Below, piece after piece: positions 62,784 to 64,000 of a DNA stretch of 64,000 nt (position 1 is its first letter; every line of letters begins with the position of its first letter). The notes under the pieces are model-generated. The model was not told where the DNA came from. It searched no databases and saw only the letters and a list, made by a program, of their open reading frames with translations. The translations under genes and the position numbers were made by a program. The stretch lies in assembly GCF_003704095.1 (NCBI RefSeq), contig NW_020844730.1, forward strand, positions 1 through 64,000, read 5' to 3'. The stretch is from Pocillopora damicornis. Lineage: Eukaryota.

Positions 62784-64000
62784 CACATTATGCTTATCAA
62801 AGACATTTCCCCAAATCGTAATCAAATATAAATCAGGGTTATAAGTTAAAGGTTTAAAACAGTCTCCCTTCATGGAATTTTTCAATGTACCAAAGGTATA
62901 TTTTTCAGCGTTCCAATCTACAAGCTTCTTTTTCTACAGGAACGCATTTTTGCGGAGCTAACACAATCCACAAAATTCCCAAGAATGAAAAATTTTCAGC
63001 GAAAGCGGTTTTTGAAAATTGAGATCAAACATTCTATCATCCTCTGAGGATTTAAACGATGAGGACCATAAAATTTGCGGAAAGTTGAACCTGAGTGCAA
63101 AAATGTGAATTTTGAAGGAATTAAGTGTGCAATTAAATGAATATCACGAACAAGTACTGAGCTGATTATGAGTGTAATTTGAGATAAATAAGTACGAGTA
63201 ATTTTTTCAAAGACCATTTTTTTCCTGTTCCTTTTAGAGTAAAATGATGAGGAGGCAACATTCAAAGCACTCGACCGCAGTTTAAAACTGACTCGCTCCG
63301 CCTAAAGCACGAGCCATTACGAACGCTTCAAATTTTCCTGGCAAAGAATGAAACGCCCACGAGTTTTCTTGGCCATCAGAATTATAGATTGCAAGAAGAT
63401 GTACTGACAATTCGTTTGCAATATTTGTTTTAAATCGTCCTAAAGGAGCAAGAAATCTTCTCAAATGAAGCCAGTCGTAAATTTCATTGGCATGACGCAT
63501 GCGTGATCGGCAAGACATGAGTTGTCAAAAACTAGACATTTAATGATGTGACATTTTTTATCTAATACCATTCTAGAATGAATACCTAGCTTTGAAAAAA
63601 ATAAAAACCAAGAAAGATATTGTGTTGTAAATTTTTTAATTGCCTGGTTACTTCGATCTATGTCAGCTCGTCGTTTCTTTATCTATTAAGTTACTCTAAA
63701 CATTGCAGAAACAAAGGATGGATAAAGGAGACCTGGTTTGTCAAGAAGATGATAGTTTAAGAGAGAACGTTCTGCATTGTTAACGTGTTTCGTTGTGCTG
63801 AGAGCAAAGCAAACAGGGGAAATTTCATTTAATAGACACACTGCTCATGCATCTCATATGGATAAAGGTTGTTTTACTTTCTACTTAAGGTCGTAATCAA
63901 TCTTTACACCAGAATTTCTACATGAGGTAGATGAGAAAGACATGAAAATAATTTTTAGTGTTGCGAAACGCACTGGTTACGTAATATATCCGTGTCTCAA

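Overview
Eukaryotic, AT-rich draft-assembly DNA with N gaps. The repeat types and GT-AG introns suggest an invertebrate, probably an anthozoan or stony coral (inference). The first ~14 kb is nested transposon debris: an intron-containing tyrosine-recombinase (Crypton-like) element, two inverted CR1/L2-type LINE copies, a Gypsy integrase with PPT and LTR, a tRNA-derived tandem array and MITEs. From ~15.3 to ~61.5 kb I can hand-assemble a cluster of nine genes (eight on +, one on -) plus weaker or decayed candidates. None has a recognisable domain, yet all share one design: a hydrophobic signal-peptide exon closed by a phase-1 GT donor, followed by exons encoding mostly low-complexity, Cys-poor, probably disordered polypeptides. 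These carry Gly-Met/(GGM)n, Gly-Gln, His/aromatic or acidic blocks, recurrent [KR][KR]xx(hydrophobic) motifs and, in most, a basic Lys/His-rich C-terminal tail. The ORF track misses almost all of the signal-peptide exons. This clustered family of secreted orphan proteins, possibly a structural, adhesive or secretory-granule material system, is the main candidate novel system; its function is inference.
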